Shown in pieces: positions 1 through 8,797 of a DNA stretch of 64,000 nt. Source of the DNA: Limnochordia bacterium (GTDB lineage Bacteria > Bacillota > Limnochordia > DTU080); assembly GCA_050951545.1 (NCBI GenBank), contig JBMNJG010000005.1, forward strand, positions 192,001 through 256,000. The letters are read 5' to 3'. Made by a program: the position numbers and the translations under genes. The notes beneath the pieces are model-generated. The model made no database searches and was not told where the DNA came from. It was given only the letters and a program-made list of their open reading frames with translations. The stretch's first letter is position 1, and each line of letters opens with the position of its first letter.

Positions 1-348
1 TGGCGTAAGGCGAGCACAGACCAGAGGTAGAGCACCTGCCTCAAGTACCAGTCGCGCCTCCCACAGATCCGTCTGAGGTTCGCAGACAAAGCGCAAGCCA
101 TAGGCCAAGTGCTCCATCAGATCGCTGATCGCTGGCGCCTGTATCACCACGCCGTGTCGCTGCCGAATTTGGACAACCCCCAGCGACTGCAGAAAGCGAA
201 GCGCCTCACGCACCGATGAACGACTCGCCCGAAACAACTCCGCCAATTCGTGTTCGGTCGGGAGCTTGTCGCCGGGCTGCAACTCCTGTTCCACAATCAG
301 GATCTTCAATCTATCGGCGATCTGCTGGTACAGTGGGCGCCTGGACAT
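1..348 (-). CDS. FadR/GntR-family transcriptional regulator (C-terminus runs off the window start)
   Basis: Not in the ORF track. Manual translation gives MSRRPLYQQIADRLKILIVEQELQPGDKLPTEHELAELFRASRSSVREALRFLQSLGVV..., a GntR wHTH, followed by an FCD-like 'LWEARLVLE'. Confidence 0.85.
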   Translation of the reverse strand, partial: MSRRPLYQQIADRLKILIVEQELQPGDKLPTEHELAELFRASRSSVREALRFLQSLGVVQIRQRHGVVIQAPAISDLMEHLAYGLRFVCEPQTDLWEARLVLEAGALPLVCARLTP

Positions 349-479
349 CGGGTCAAGGCGATACAGGCCACGCTGCCTGTCGTCGTCCGGAACATGACCT
401 GCACCTGAACCAGTTGCGTCTGTGGTTGGCATGCGACAAAACCCCTTATTGTCCTACAAATGACTAGTTCCAATATACC

Positions 480-500
480 TGACATCCGGAGATGATGTCA
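480..500. promoter_or_regulatory. Palindromic operator candidate TGACATC-N7-GATGTCA upstream of the GntR gene
   Basis: Perfect 7-bp inverted repeat in the divergent intergenic region. Confidence 0.5.
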
Positions 501-663
501 ACATCATTACAGACTTTTCGACCCATTGGCTGGCTCGCCAGATTGGAGCAATGCCGATCACCTTTTTCCGCTTCCTATCCCGAAACGTCGCCTTCGTGTT
601 GCAGGATAAGACACCCGGCATACCGTATTAGTGCATCACTTCACTGCGAATGGGGACAGATCC

Positions 664-1305
664 ATGGGTGACCACATCGAGTATGTGCGCAATTACCAGG
701 ACAGAAGCACCAATGAGGGGTTCCAGTTTGAGTTCTTCTGCGATCGGTGCAGTTCAGGTCTCCGTACCGAGTTTAAGCCATACGCGGCTGGCAAGATCGC
801 CAGTGTCCTGGATGCAGCAAGTGGTATCTTCGGCGGACTTGGATCCATCGCCCACATCGGTGGTCGCGTCCGCGACGCGGCTTGGGAAAAGGCTCATGAC
901 ACCGCCTTCAAGAATGCTGTGCAGGAACTGAAGCCGAAGTTCGTACAGTGCCCGCGTTGCTCCACATGGGTATGTCGCAAAAGCTGCTGGAATGAAAAGC
1001 GCGGACTGTGCAAAAGCTGCGCCCCTGACTTGGGTGTGGAGATGTCAGCCGCACAAGCTAGCCGGTCTGTAGAGGAAGTATGGGCGCACGCGGCCATGGC
1101 CGAAGAAGACAAAAAACTCGCCAAGGAAAACTGGCGAGAGACCATCCGCGCCTCATGCCCCAACTGTGAGGCCCCCCTGGCGACAAATGCCAAGTTTTGT
1201 CCAGAATGCGGTGCACAACTGAAAGCAAAAGGCAAGTGTAAGTGTGGCCACAGCCTAGCGCCCGGGACGAAGTTTTGCCCGGAATGCGGTGCCAAACAGG
1301 AGTAG
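664..1305 (+). CDS. Multi-zinc-ribbon (double zinc ribbon) protein
   Basis: Many CxxC pairs; C-terminal CPNC...KFCPECG...KFCPECG DZR motif; ATG at 664 preferred as start. Confidence 0.8.
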   Translation: MGDHIEYVRNYQDRSTNEGFQFEFFCDRCSSGLRTEFKPYAAGKIASVLDAASGIFGGLGSIAHIGGRVRDAAWEKAHDTAFKNAVQELKPKFVQCPRCSTWVCRKSCWNEKRGLCKSCAPDLGVEMSAAQASRSVEEVWAHAAMAEEDKKLAKENWRETIRASCPNCEAPLATNAKFCPECGAQLKAKGKCKCGHSLAPGTKFCPECGAKQE

Positions 1306-1380
1306 GTCATGCCTACTGGCCCCCCAGGGCTGTCATCTAAGGACATGGGGGGCCTTATCCATTAGGGTGAGGTGTGTCTT

Positions 1381-1713
1381 CTACTTGAGTGCAAGCAGAA
1401 GCATGCTTCCGCACATCCCTGCTACGCCTGCCCACTGCAGACCACTCAAGGGCGAGCGGAAGACCCACGAGATCATCACCTGAGCGATAAGAAACGCCCC
1501 GCCTATGGCCACACCATAGGCCACATTCACATTCATCAGTCCGTAAAGCTTCATGAGAAAGAAAATGCTAGGGACTGCGATGGCGTTGCCCACCAGCAAC
1601 GCCTTCAGACCGTGCTCGGGGTAGCGTCCGCCGTAGGTAAAAAGCAGAACCGCCACCACCTGCATTGCCCAGAAAACGAGAAAGTAGAAGACCATGGAAG
1701 GCGTTATCTTCAT
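1381..1713 (-). CDS. Small 4-TM membrane protein, SMR/DMT-like
   Basis: 110-aa hydrophobic ORF with SMR-like 'VAYGVAIGG' and 'LQWAGVA' segments; ATG at 1713. Confidence 0.6.
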   Translation of the reverse strand: MKITPSMVFYFLVFWAMQVVAVLLFTYGGRYPEHGLKALLVGNAIAVPSIFFLMKLYGLMNVNVAYGVAIGGAFLIAQVMISWVFRSPLSGLQWAGVAGMCGSMLLLALK

Positions 1714-1738
1714 GCACCTGCTCCCAAACGAATGCTCG

Positions 1739-2533
1739 CTAAGATTGTCTTGCGGCAAAGGTGAAGCCCAGTTGACTATAGACATCGACAACCTCACGAA
1801 AACCGCGATAGAGCAGGCCGAAATCTCCTGGCGCGGTGAGAAACTTGACACCCATTTGCATGAGCATCTTGGTGTAGTCCACATCGAGCCCCGGCGTACC
1901 GCAGTAGATGCCGTGTTTTTCACAGGCGGCTACGCTGCGTTCGATAGCCTCAATGATCTTCGGATGCTTTAGTTGACCGGGCACGCCGTAGCTCTGCGAC
2001 AGATCTGCGGGACCGATAAAGATCACATCGATACCCTCAACTGCAGCGATTTCCTCGACACAGTCAACAGCCTCTGCATCTTCGACTTGCACCACAATGA
2101 AAGTATGGTCATTCGCGAATCGGATGTAATCGGGTATAGAGACGAAGCCCATATCTGCGTCAGGGTTTGCTCCGTCAATGCCCCGCTTGCCCAGCGGGTA
2201 GAAACGAGTGTCATAGACAATCTGGGCTACCTCTTCCGGAGTACGCAGACGCGGTATCATCAAGCCTTTTGCCCCGAACTCCAAGGGCCGAATAAGATCG
2301 TCGTGATTGCCCCTAACCACTCTGACCATGACATCCATGCCTGTCAGCCGACCGGCCCGCACGATGTGCTCTAATAGGCTCATGTCGGTAGCCACATGCT
2401 CCGTACAGACCCATAGGCAGTCAAAGCCAAACTGACCGATCAGTTCAGCAAGACTGGCGTTGGGGAAGTGAATGGCTGTGCACAGAATCGGTTCCTGGCG
2501 GCGCATCTTCTCCCTGACTCGGCTCTTCTGCAT
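1739..2533 (-). CDS. HpcH/HpaI aldolase family protein
   Basis: EH motif, 'VQVED', 'FIGPADLS'. Confidence 0.9.
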   Translation of the reverse strand: MQKSRVREKMRRQEPILCTAIHFPNASLAELIGQFGFDCLWVCTEHVATDMSLLEHIVRAGRLTGMDVMVRVVRGNHDDLIRPLEFGAKGLMIPRLRTPEEVAQIVYDTRFYPLGKRGIDGANPDADMGFVSIPDYIRFANDHTFIVVQVEDAEAVDCVEEIAAVEGIDVIFIGPADLSQSYGVPGQLKHPKIIEAIERSVAACEKHGIYCGTPGLDVDYTKMLMQMGVKFLTAPGDFGLLYRGFREVVDVYSQLGFTFAARQS

Positions 2534-2595
2534 CGAACCTCTCCTCTATCACCTATGAGCCAACGCCCTGGTCATCGCTCGGTGTGACACTACGC

Positions 2596-3483
2596 CTATC
2601 GAATCACCTTAGCGATGGGTATCTCGATGATATCCTCAGCCCCAGCAGCCTTTAGGTTCGGGATAAGCGTGTTAATGCCAGCCTTCTCGACAACCGATTC
2701 CACTGCATAGTAGATCTGTTTGCCACCTGAGAGTTGGGATATGGTTGGCTGCTTCATTGACGGCAGAATGGCCAAAACTGCCTCAAGCGCCGCCTGTGAT
2801 ACGTTCATCTTCATCAAGACCTTACCTCTAGCCTCGAGTACGCCCTGAACCAGAGTAACAAGGTCGTTGATGTGACGCCGCTTCTCGGGATTACCCCAAC
2901 TCTCCTTGTTGGCCATCAAGACCGTGCTAGACTCCATCACCGTGTCGATGATCTTCAAGTGATTGGCCCTCAGACTGGAGCCACTCTCAGTCAGTTCCAC
3001 AGCGACATCCGCGATCTCGGGCACTTTGGCCTCGGTCGTCCCAAACGAGAAATCGATCTTCACAGGTATACCGATCTTCTCAAAATATCTGGTGGCGATG
3101 GCTACATACTCTGTGGTGACTTTGCTGCCGGGCTTGATATCCGAAGGTTTCTCAATGCCGGATGTCTCGGACACCGCCACGACCAGTCTGACCGGACGAT
3201 GGCTTTGCTTGCTGTAGTTCAGATTCATGATAACCTCAACGTCGTTCTCACAACCACGCTCTAACACCCAGTCATATCCACCGATGCCGATATCAAAAAG
3301 CCCCTCGCCCACATACACCGGTATCTCCTGAGGCCTCATCCACCTCACGCGGGAGATCCTGTAGTCGTCAATCGTCGCTTCATAGCAGCGCGCATCGGGC
3401 GTCGAGATACTCAGGTCGGCAGCCTCAAACATCTCAATAGTACCTTTTTGCAGGCTCCCAGAAGGTAACGCTAGCTTAAGCAA
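2596..3483 (-). CDS. hisG: ATP phosphoribosyltransferase (long form)
   Basis: LALPSGSL, RPQEIP, ELTESGSSLRANHL, C-terminal regulatory domain; TTG start after GGAGGAG. Confidence 0.95.
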   Translation of the reverse strand: MLKLALPSGSLQKGTIEMFEAADLSISTPDARCYEATIDDYRISRVRWMRPQEIPVYVGEGLFDIGIGGYDWVLERGCENDVEVIMNLNYSKQSHRPVRLVVAVSETSGIEKPSDIKPGSKVTTEYVAIATRYFEKIGIPVKIDFSFGTTEAKVPEIADVAVELTESGSSLRANHLKIIDTVMESSTVLMANKESWGNPEKRRHINDLVTLVQGVLEARGKVLMKMNVSQAALEAVLAILPSMKQPTISQLSGGKQIYYAVESVVEKAGINTLIPNLKAAGAEDIIEIPIAKVIR

Positions 3484-3764
3484 GATAGCTCCTCCCCGCG
3501 AATCGTCCCAGGCTTTCTCCAGTTCGAGAGACACGCTGCACATCTAGAAGAGCTCACAGGTGTCCTACTAGAGCAGACCTGAACGCTTCTAGTGTAGCTA
3601 CTTGCAGACCGTAGGGCAAGAGCTACCTCAGATGGGGCCGCCGGACAGCGACAATGTCACCCCTAGGGGAGCGTCGAAACCTCAGTTGCGGTGAAGGGAG
3701 TCATCAACAGGCAACACTTTCGGCATCGTTCCCTCCATCCGAACATCAGTGTGTGGCCTTCGCC

Positions 3765-5336
3765 TTACGTATCGACCAGTATCACTGGTACCTGCGCCGC
3801 GGTCAGCACCTGACGCGTCACACCACTTAAATCGTTCTCCTTTTTGCCTCTGCCCATGACAATCAGGTCAGCGCCCACCACCCCAGCCATCTGCACTATT
3901 TTCTCTGCAGGGTCACCATCCTTGACGCTCACAGTATGCTCTAAGTCCTGCATGCTAGCATGTCTGCTCATCGCCTCGTGGACAAGCTGAGGATGATCAC
4001 TGATGTGGACCACGTGCAGCGTGGCATCTAGCTGACGAGCGATCGCGATACTTTCGTCCAGCACACGGGACGCGCTAGGGGAGTTGCTCAGGGCAACCAG
4101 AAGGCAATACTGCCTACGCACACTGACAGTAGTGGGGTCAACATGCCCGCGGGTCAGCATCCGGGGGGCTGCATAGGAAGTGGCCGCCGCACCCAACGGC
4201 GCCGTCACCAAGATCGACAGTACAGCGACGGCCAATGTCGCTTCCCCGTTTGGCAATCCTAAGGCCATCGGGACAGCACCGATTGCCGCCTGAACCGTAG
4301 CCTTCGGTGTGTAGGCGATGGCCATAAACAGACGCTCGTTCCTGCTAAGCGCAGCGCCAACGGTGGACAACCAGATCCCTGCCCACCGGCCCATGAACAG
4401 CCCCCACAAAAGGATGAGAATCCCCACCGAACCAGCCCGTGACACGTCCGTGACGTTCACTGCGGCTCCTACCAACACAAAGAGCAAGAGCTCTGCGATA
4501 ACCCACGCCCTATCCAGTTCCGCTCGCACGCGGCGGGCCATCACTCGGTTGCCCTCAAGAAGCAGAAAGCCCAACACCATCGTCGCTAGATATCCAGAGA
4601 ACCCAAAACGGTCACCTCCAACCACCAGGCAGGCGGCTGCTCCTCCCACCACAAGAGCCATCCGAGTAGGCTCCTCACATCGTGTCCTCTGTGTTGCTAA
4701 CAGGCACACTCTACTCGCTACGTAGCCAGCGACGGCGCCGCCGAGGACCTGCACAGGTAGCCTCAATGCCTGGACCCCCAAAGTGCCCCCCATCACTGAC
4801 GCGCCTGTACGTCCCAAATCCAGCACAATGCCAAAAAGAGTGATGGCCACCACATCACTCAGTGCCCCACCAGCTAGCATGAGGTCAGGCACACCATGGT
4901 CGGCACCCCACCCCTCCTGCTTGAGGCGTAGCATGCCGGGCACGATGACCGCAGGAGACTCTGCACACACAATCCATCCGAGAAGCCAGGCGCTGTACCA
5001 ATCCCACCGGAGAACCATGCGAGCCGCCACTGCTACCGCAGTGGCCTCCAGTGTAGCTGGTAGCACTCCGAGCCGCAAAGCAACCGAGCCTTGGGACTTA
5101 AGCTGCTGACGATCCAGACCCAGACCCGCCTTTAGCAGAATGACGATAAGCGCACCCACACGAATCGTGTCGCTGAGATCAAGAACATGGGGAGACAGCA
5201 GGCCGAGTCCATGAGGCCCAACCAGCACGCCAGCGAGCAGCATCCCCACCAAACGAGGCAGACCCGCCCGCCTGGCTAGCGCTCCTGCGACTAGGCCACT
5301 ACCTGCAACCACCACCACGTCCCATATCAATTCCAT
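3765..5336 (-). CDS. Cation:proton antiporter (CPA1/NHA2-like) fused to a C-terminal universal stress protein domain
   Basis: Multi-TM core with 'AESPAVIVP' and 'YTPKATVQAAIG'; USP tail 'GDPAEKIV...ADLIVMG...VPVILV'. Confidence 0.85.
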   Translation of the reverse strand: MELIWDVVVVAGSGLVAGALARRAGLPRLVGMLLAGVLVGPHGLGLLSPHVLDLSDTIRVGALIVILLKAGLGLDRQQLKSQGSVALRLGVLPATLEATAVAVAARMVLRWDWYSAWLLGWIVCAESPAVIVPGMLRLKQEGWGADHGVPDLMLAGGALSDVVAITLFGIVLDLGRTGASVMGGTLGVQALRLPVQVLGGAVAGYVASRVCLLATQRTRCEEPTRMALVVGGAAACLVVGGDRFGFSGYLATMVLGFLLLEGNRVMARRVRAELDRAWVIAELLLFVLVGAAVNVTDVSRAGSVGILILLWGLFMGRWAGIWLSTVGAALSRNERLFMAIAYTPKATVQAAIGAVPMALGLPNGEATLAVAVLSILVTAPLGAAATSYAAPRMLTRGHVDPTTVSVRRQYCLLVALSNSPSASRVLDESIAIARQLDATLHVVHISDHPQLVHEAMSRHASMQDLEHTVSVKDGDPAEKIVQMAGVVGADLIVMGRGKKENDLSGVTRQVLTAAQVPVILVDT

Positions 5337-5369
5337 GTGTGGACGAGCCCCCTTGCTTAGCGATTTCGA

Positions 5370-5404
5370 AACAGAAAAGCCCCTACCTCTGATACAGAAG
5401 TAGG
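5370..5404 (-). terminator. Intrinsic terminator (riboswitch expression platform)
   Basis: On the minus strand, CCTACTTCT...AGAGGTAGG followed by a U-rich tail; overlaps the 3' end of the aptamer. Confidence 0.8.
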
Positions 5405-5460
5405 AGCCATTAGCCTAGGCGGTCTGCTGGGAATAGCCCCAGCCAGCAAGCCCCATTGCT
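5400..5460 (-). ncRNA. Fluoride (crcB-motif) riboswitch
   Basis: Minus strand AGCAATGGGGCTTGCT...AGACCGCCTAGGCTAATGGCTCCTAC fits the GGCGAUGRYGUUCGCC..ACCGC..GCURAUGRCRYCUAC consensus; an extended -10 (TGaTATGAT) lies just upstream. Confidence 0.85.
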
Positions 5461-5535
5461 GCGAGTTGATCATATCACGTCCCCCGGGGCGAGGCCAGCC
5501 TCTTCGCCTCATCCTCCAGCAACTTCTTTTGGGGG

Positions 5536-5685
5536 GAGCGTGTGTCGGCGGCCAACCACGCGCGGAGGTCGAGGCAGCTGCGGCAGGTGTTCGCCGCAGC
5601 GTACACCATCGGTAGGGGGCTTTCGTCACAAAAGGCGAACACGGAGAGCAGCCGCCGACATGCCCGCACAGCGCGACACGATTTT
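5536..5685 (+). repeat. Dispersed hairpin repeat, copy 1 (core GACATGCCCGCACAGC at 5657-5672)
   Basis: Core identical to 6560-6575 and 37294-37309; stem 5543-5552 pairs with 5651-5660. Confidence 0.75.
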
Positions 5686-5784
5686 CTGAAGGACGCGTGT
5701 GGAGGGATCATACTACGCCCGGCGTAGTAATATGTGTTCAGCCCTATGGTTGGGCATCATTCCTCTGATGGGAGGTGGCCCCAC

Positions 5785-6528
5785 ATGCTAAAGATCAACG
5801 GCGTCAGCAAAAGCTACGACCGAGGTGCCACATGGGCAGTGAAAGACCTGACACTTCATGTACCAAGCGGTGAGATCTTTGGGTTTCTCGGACCCAATGG
5901 CGCAGGCAAGACCACCACGTTGCGGATGGTCGTCGGCCTTCTTCCTATCGATCAGGGAGAGATCCAGGTTGACGGCTTCGACGTATCCCGAGATCCATTG
6001 CAGGCGAAGCGCCGCATCGGTTTTCTGCCAGACAACCCCGATGTCTACGATCGACTCAGCGGCTTGGAGTATATCCGCTTCATCGCTGATATCTACGAAG
6101 TGCCCGAGCAGGAACGCATTCAGCGCACCGAGCGCCTGCTGCGGATGTTCGAGATGACCGAGGCAGCGCCAGACCTTATCAAGAGCTACAGCCACGGCAT
6201 GCGACAGAAGATCGCTTTGACCGCTGCCTTGGTGCACCAGCCGCCGCTTCTGATCCTCGATGAACCGATGGTGGGCCTGGACCCCCGTTCGGCTGCTCTG
6301 TTCAGACGGACGATGCGGGAGCACTGCGACGAAGGCGGAACAGTGCTTTTTTCTACACACGTCTTGGAAGTAGCCGAGCGAGTATGCGACAGAGTGGGCA
6401 TCATCAACAAGGGGTCTCTGATAGCCCAAGGCAGCATGGCTGATCTGAAGAAGGGTCAGGACGCCAACGCTACCCTTGAAGCTCTTTTCTTTCAGCTCAC
6501 TGAGGCGAACCTCACCGAGATCACCTGA
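5785..6528 (+). CDS. ABC-2 type transporter ATP-binding protein
   Basis: GPNGAGKT, YSHGMRQK, ILDEP, H-loop. Confidence 0.95.
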   Translation: MLKINGVSKSYDRGATWAVKDLTLHVPSGEIFGFLGPNGAGKTTTLRMVVGLLPIDQGEIQVDGFDVSRDPLQAKRRIGFLPDNPDVYDRLSGLEYIRFIADIYEVPEQERIQRTERLLRMFEMTEAAPDLIKSYSHGMRQKIALTAALVHQPPLLILDEPMVGLDPRSAALFRRTMREHCDEGGTVLFSTHVLEVAERVCDRVGIINKGSLIAQGSMADLKKGQDANATLEALFFQLTEANLTEIT

Positions 6529-6539
6529 CGAATCACGCG

Positions 6540-6590
6540 TGTCTGCGGCTTCAGCCGCAGACATGCCCGCACAGCGTACCACGATTTGCT
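6540..6590 (+). repeat. Dispersed hairpin repeat, copy 2
   Basis: TGTCTGCGGCT-tc-AGCCGCAGACA hairpin running into the GACATGCCCGCACAGC core. Confidence 0.75.
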
Positions 6591-6606
6591 AGGAGGGCTG
6601 AGTGAG

Positions 6607-8685
6607 ATGACTGGCTTTCTCGTGCTACTGCGAACCATGCTCAGACACTACTTCAGCCTCTCTGTAATGCGAGAGGTATACATAAAACGAAAACAAGAAC
6701 TGTGGAAGCCCGCCCTGGTGCTGTTGGCGATCGTCGCTGGTGTGCTACCGACGCTCTATGCCTATGTGCGTTTTCTACAAACGGCATACGCGGCAGCTGG
6801 CCAACTGCAACAGCCTGGCTTAGTGATCGTCCTCGGCCTCGTTAGTGCCCAATTGGTCATCCTGTTTTTTGGTCTGTCCTATCTGATGTCAGTCTTTTAC
6901 TTCAGCGCAGACCTGGAGCACCTGGTGCCCTTGCCTATCAAGCCTGAAACCATCTTAGCAGCCAAGTTCAGCATAGTACTCATCAGTGAATACATCACCG
7001 CACTGCCCATGGCCGTGCCTCCAATTGTTATCTACGGTCTCGGTCAAGGTGTCGGGCTTCTCTATTGGCTGAGGGCTGCGTTCGTCGTCATCCTCCTACC
7101 CCTGTTGCCCCTAGCCTTGGCGTCCATACTGGTGGTAGGGATCATGCGCTTCACAGGCCTTGCTCGCAACCGGGAGCGCTTTACGGTAATCCTGGGCCTA
7201 GTCACACTGACCCTGGTGTTAGTAGTGCAATGGCAACTGGGGCGGCTTGGCAGTGACCAGCTAGATCCCACCGAAATGCTCATCCAACTGATGAGCACGC
7301 CAAACAGCCTCCTAAACCTGCTGGGCAGACGCTTTCCTCCCGCCCTATGGGGATCCCTGGCACTCAGCAGCCAAGGCTCGGTAGCCTGGCGCTACCTGCT
7401 ATTCTACCTTGGTAGCACGTTGGCGAGTCTAGCTCTCCTTTGGGGACTGGCCCGCAAGTTCTTCTTCGACAGCCTGCTACACGGTTCACCCGTGAAACGT
7501 CATCACCGCCACCCTTCAGCCAGCCTTGCCACTGACCTGGGCGTGCGCTCGCCTCTGGCTGCCTTGATCCACAGGGAATGGCATATTCTGGTCCGCAATC
7601 CCATTTTCGCGATGAACGCCGGGGCCAATGTGCTCCTGCCCCCCATCCTTGTCGCACTGCCGATTTTGGGCGGTGGTGAGCAGTTTCTTGATCTGCGGGC
7701 GGCTCTGGCCAACCCCCGCTTAGCGCTCTGGGGCAGCCTTGTGGTGGCCGCTTTTTTCGCCGTGTCTGCACCTATGTCCGCAATTCCCGCTACTGCCATC
7801 TCACGGGAAGGCCGACTCTTCTGGATCTCTCGCTCCATGCCAGTCGCGCCTCGTAGGCAACTGCTAGCCAAGCTGGCGTTCTCTGTAGCATTGCTTTCTG
7901 CGAGCTCGCTTCTGCTGGTGCTGGTTCTTGTGGCCCTATTGAGACTGCCGCTAGACTTTCTCTTCACGGGCTGCATGTTAGGCGTCTTGGGGTTGCTGGG
8001 TACCTCTGCCATCAGCCTCGCCATTGACACTTTGTGGCCTCGACTTGACTGGGACAACCCACAGCAGGCCATGAAGGGCAATTTCAACGTCGTGGTAACG
8101 CTGGTTATCGTAGGTGCAGTCGGTTACGGCCTGGCCCGTCTTGTCATCCGCTGGGTTGGACAAGGGTGGTCCGATCAAGCTGTTGTGTGGGCAACGACCG
8201 CAGTGCTGGCTGTATTGAGCGTATTGAGCATTCGCCTGCTGCTGTATGTGGGCCCCGCCGTATACACTCAGTATCGCAGATACGAGCCGAGATCTGGCCG
8301 TCGTCTCACCGCTCGTTCTGTGATCACGATTGCCTTGGTCCTTGTCGGCGTCCTGTTTCTTGGGCGGGAGTTGCTCACGATGACTACCCTCGATTACACC
8401 TTTGGACCAGAGGACATCCGCTTCGGTTCGGTCCGAATCGCCTACGACGAGATCACTGAAGTGCAGTACCTGGAGCGTATTCCCTCACTCAGCAATCGAG
8501 TGGGTACCAGTATCGGCGTGTACAAGGCTGGCACCTTTACCGTGGCTGGCATCGGCAGAGGCAAAGTGTTCGCCACCGACTCCACAGGACCAGCGCTGCT
8601 TCTGCGCACACAGACTACATTCTACGTTATTACGCCAGATGACGCACGCCAGCGTTTTCTTGAGCTACAGTCAGACCTGGAGTGA
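6607..8685 (+). CDS. ABC-2 permease with an extra C-terminal bacterial PH-like domain
   Basis: About 14 TM segments, 'AISREG..FW' and 'PRLDWDNP' motifs; tail 'RIAYDEITEV...RVGTSIGVYKAGTF' resembles a bPH domain. Confidence 0.8.
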   Translation: MTGFLVLLRTMLRHYFSLSVMREVYIKRKQELWKPALVLLAIVAGVLPTLYAYVRFLQTAYAAAGQLQQPGLVIVLGLVSAQLVILFFGLSYLMSVFYFSADLEHLVPLPIKPETILAAKFSIVLISEYITALPMAVPPIVIYGLGQGVGLLYWLRAAFVVILLPLLPLALASILVVGIMRFTGLARNRERFTVILGLVTLTLVLVVQWQLGRLGSDQLDPTEMLIQLMSTPNSLLNLLGRRFPPALWGSLALSSQGSVAWRYLLFYLGSTLASLALLWGLARKFFFDSLLHGSPVKRHHRHPSASLATDLGVRSPLAALIHREWHILVRNPIFAMNAGANVLLPPILVALPILGGGEQFLDLRAALANPRLALWGSLVVAAFFAVSAPMSAIPATAISREGRLFWISRSMPVAPRRQLLAKLAFSVALLSASSLLLVLVLVALLRLPLDFLFTGCMLGVLGLLGTSAISLAIDTLWPRLDWDNPQQAMKGNFNVVVTLVIVGAVGYGLARLVIRWVGQGWSDQAVVWATTAVLAVLSVLSIRLLLYVGPAVYTQYRRYEPRSGRRLTARSVITIALVLVGVLFLGRELLTMTTLDYTFGPEDIRFGSVRIAYDEITEVQYLERIPSLSNRVGTSIGVYKAGTFTVAGIGRGKVFATDSTGPALLLRTQTTFYVITPDDARQRFLELQSDLE

Positions 8686-8797
8686 GCGCACCCTGCCCAG
8701 GCGCTCATGTCGGTCGATGATGCAGCGTGGAGGAAGTGCTCGGACAGCAGCAGGAAGATGCAAAAGGCAAGCATAATTGGAAAGGAGCAACGTGTCA

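Noticed and set aside
5357-5727. Short ORFs between the antiporter and ABC genes
   Set aside because: They overlap the riboswitch and the repeat element and are better explained as non-coding.
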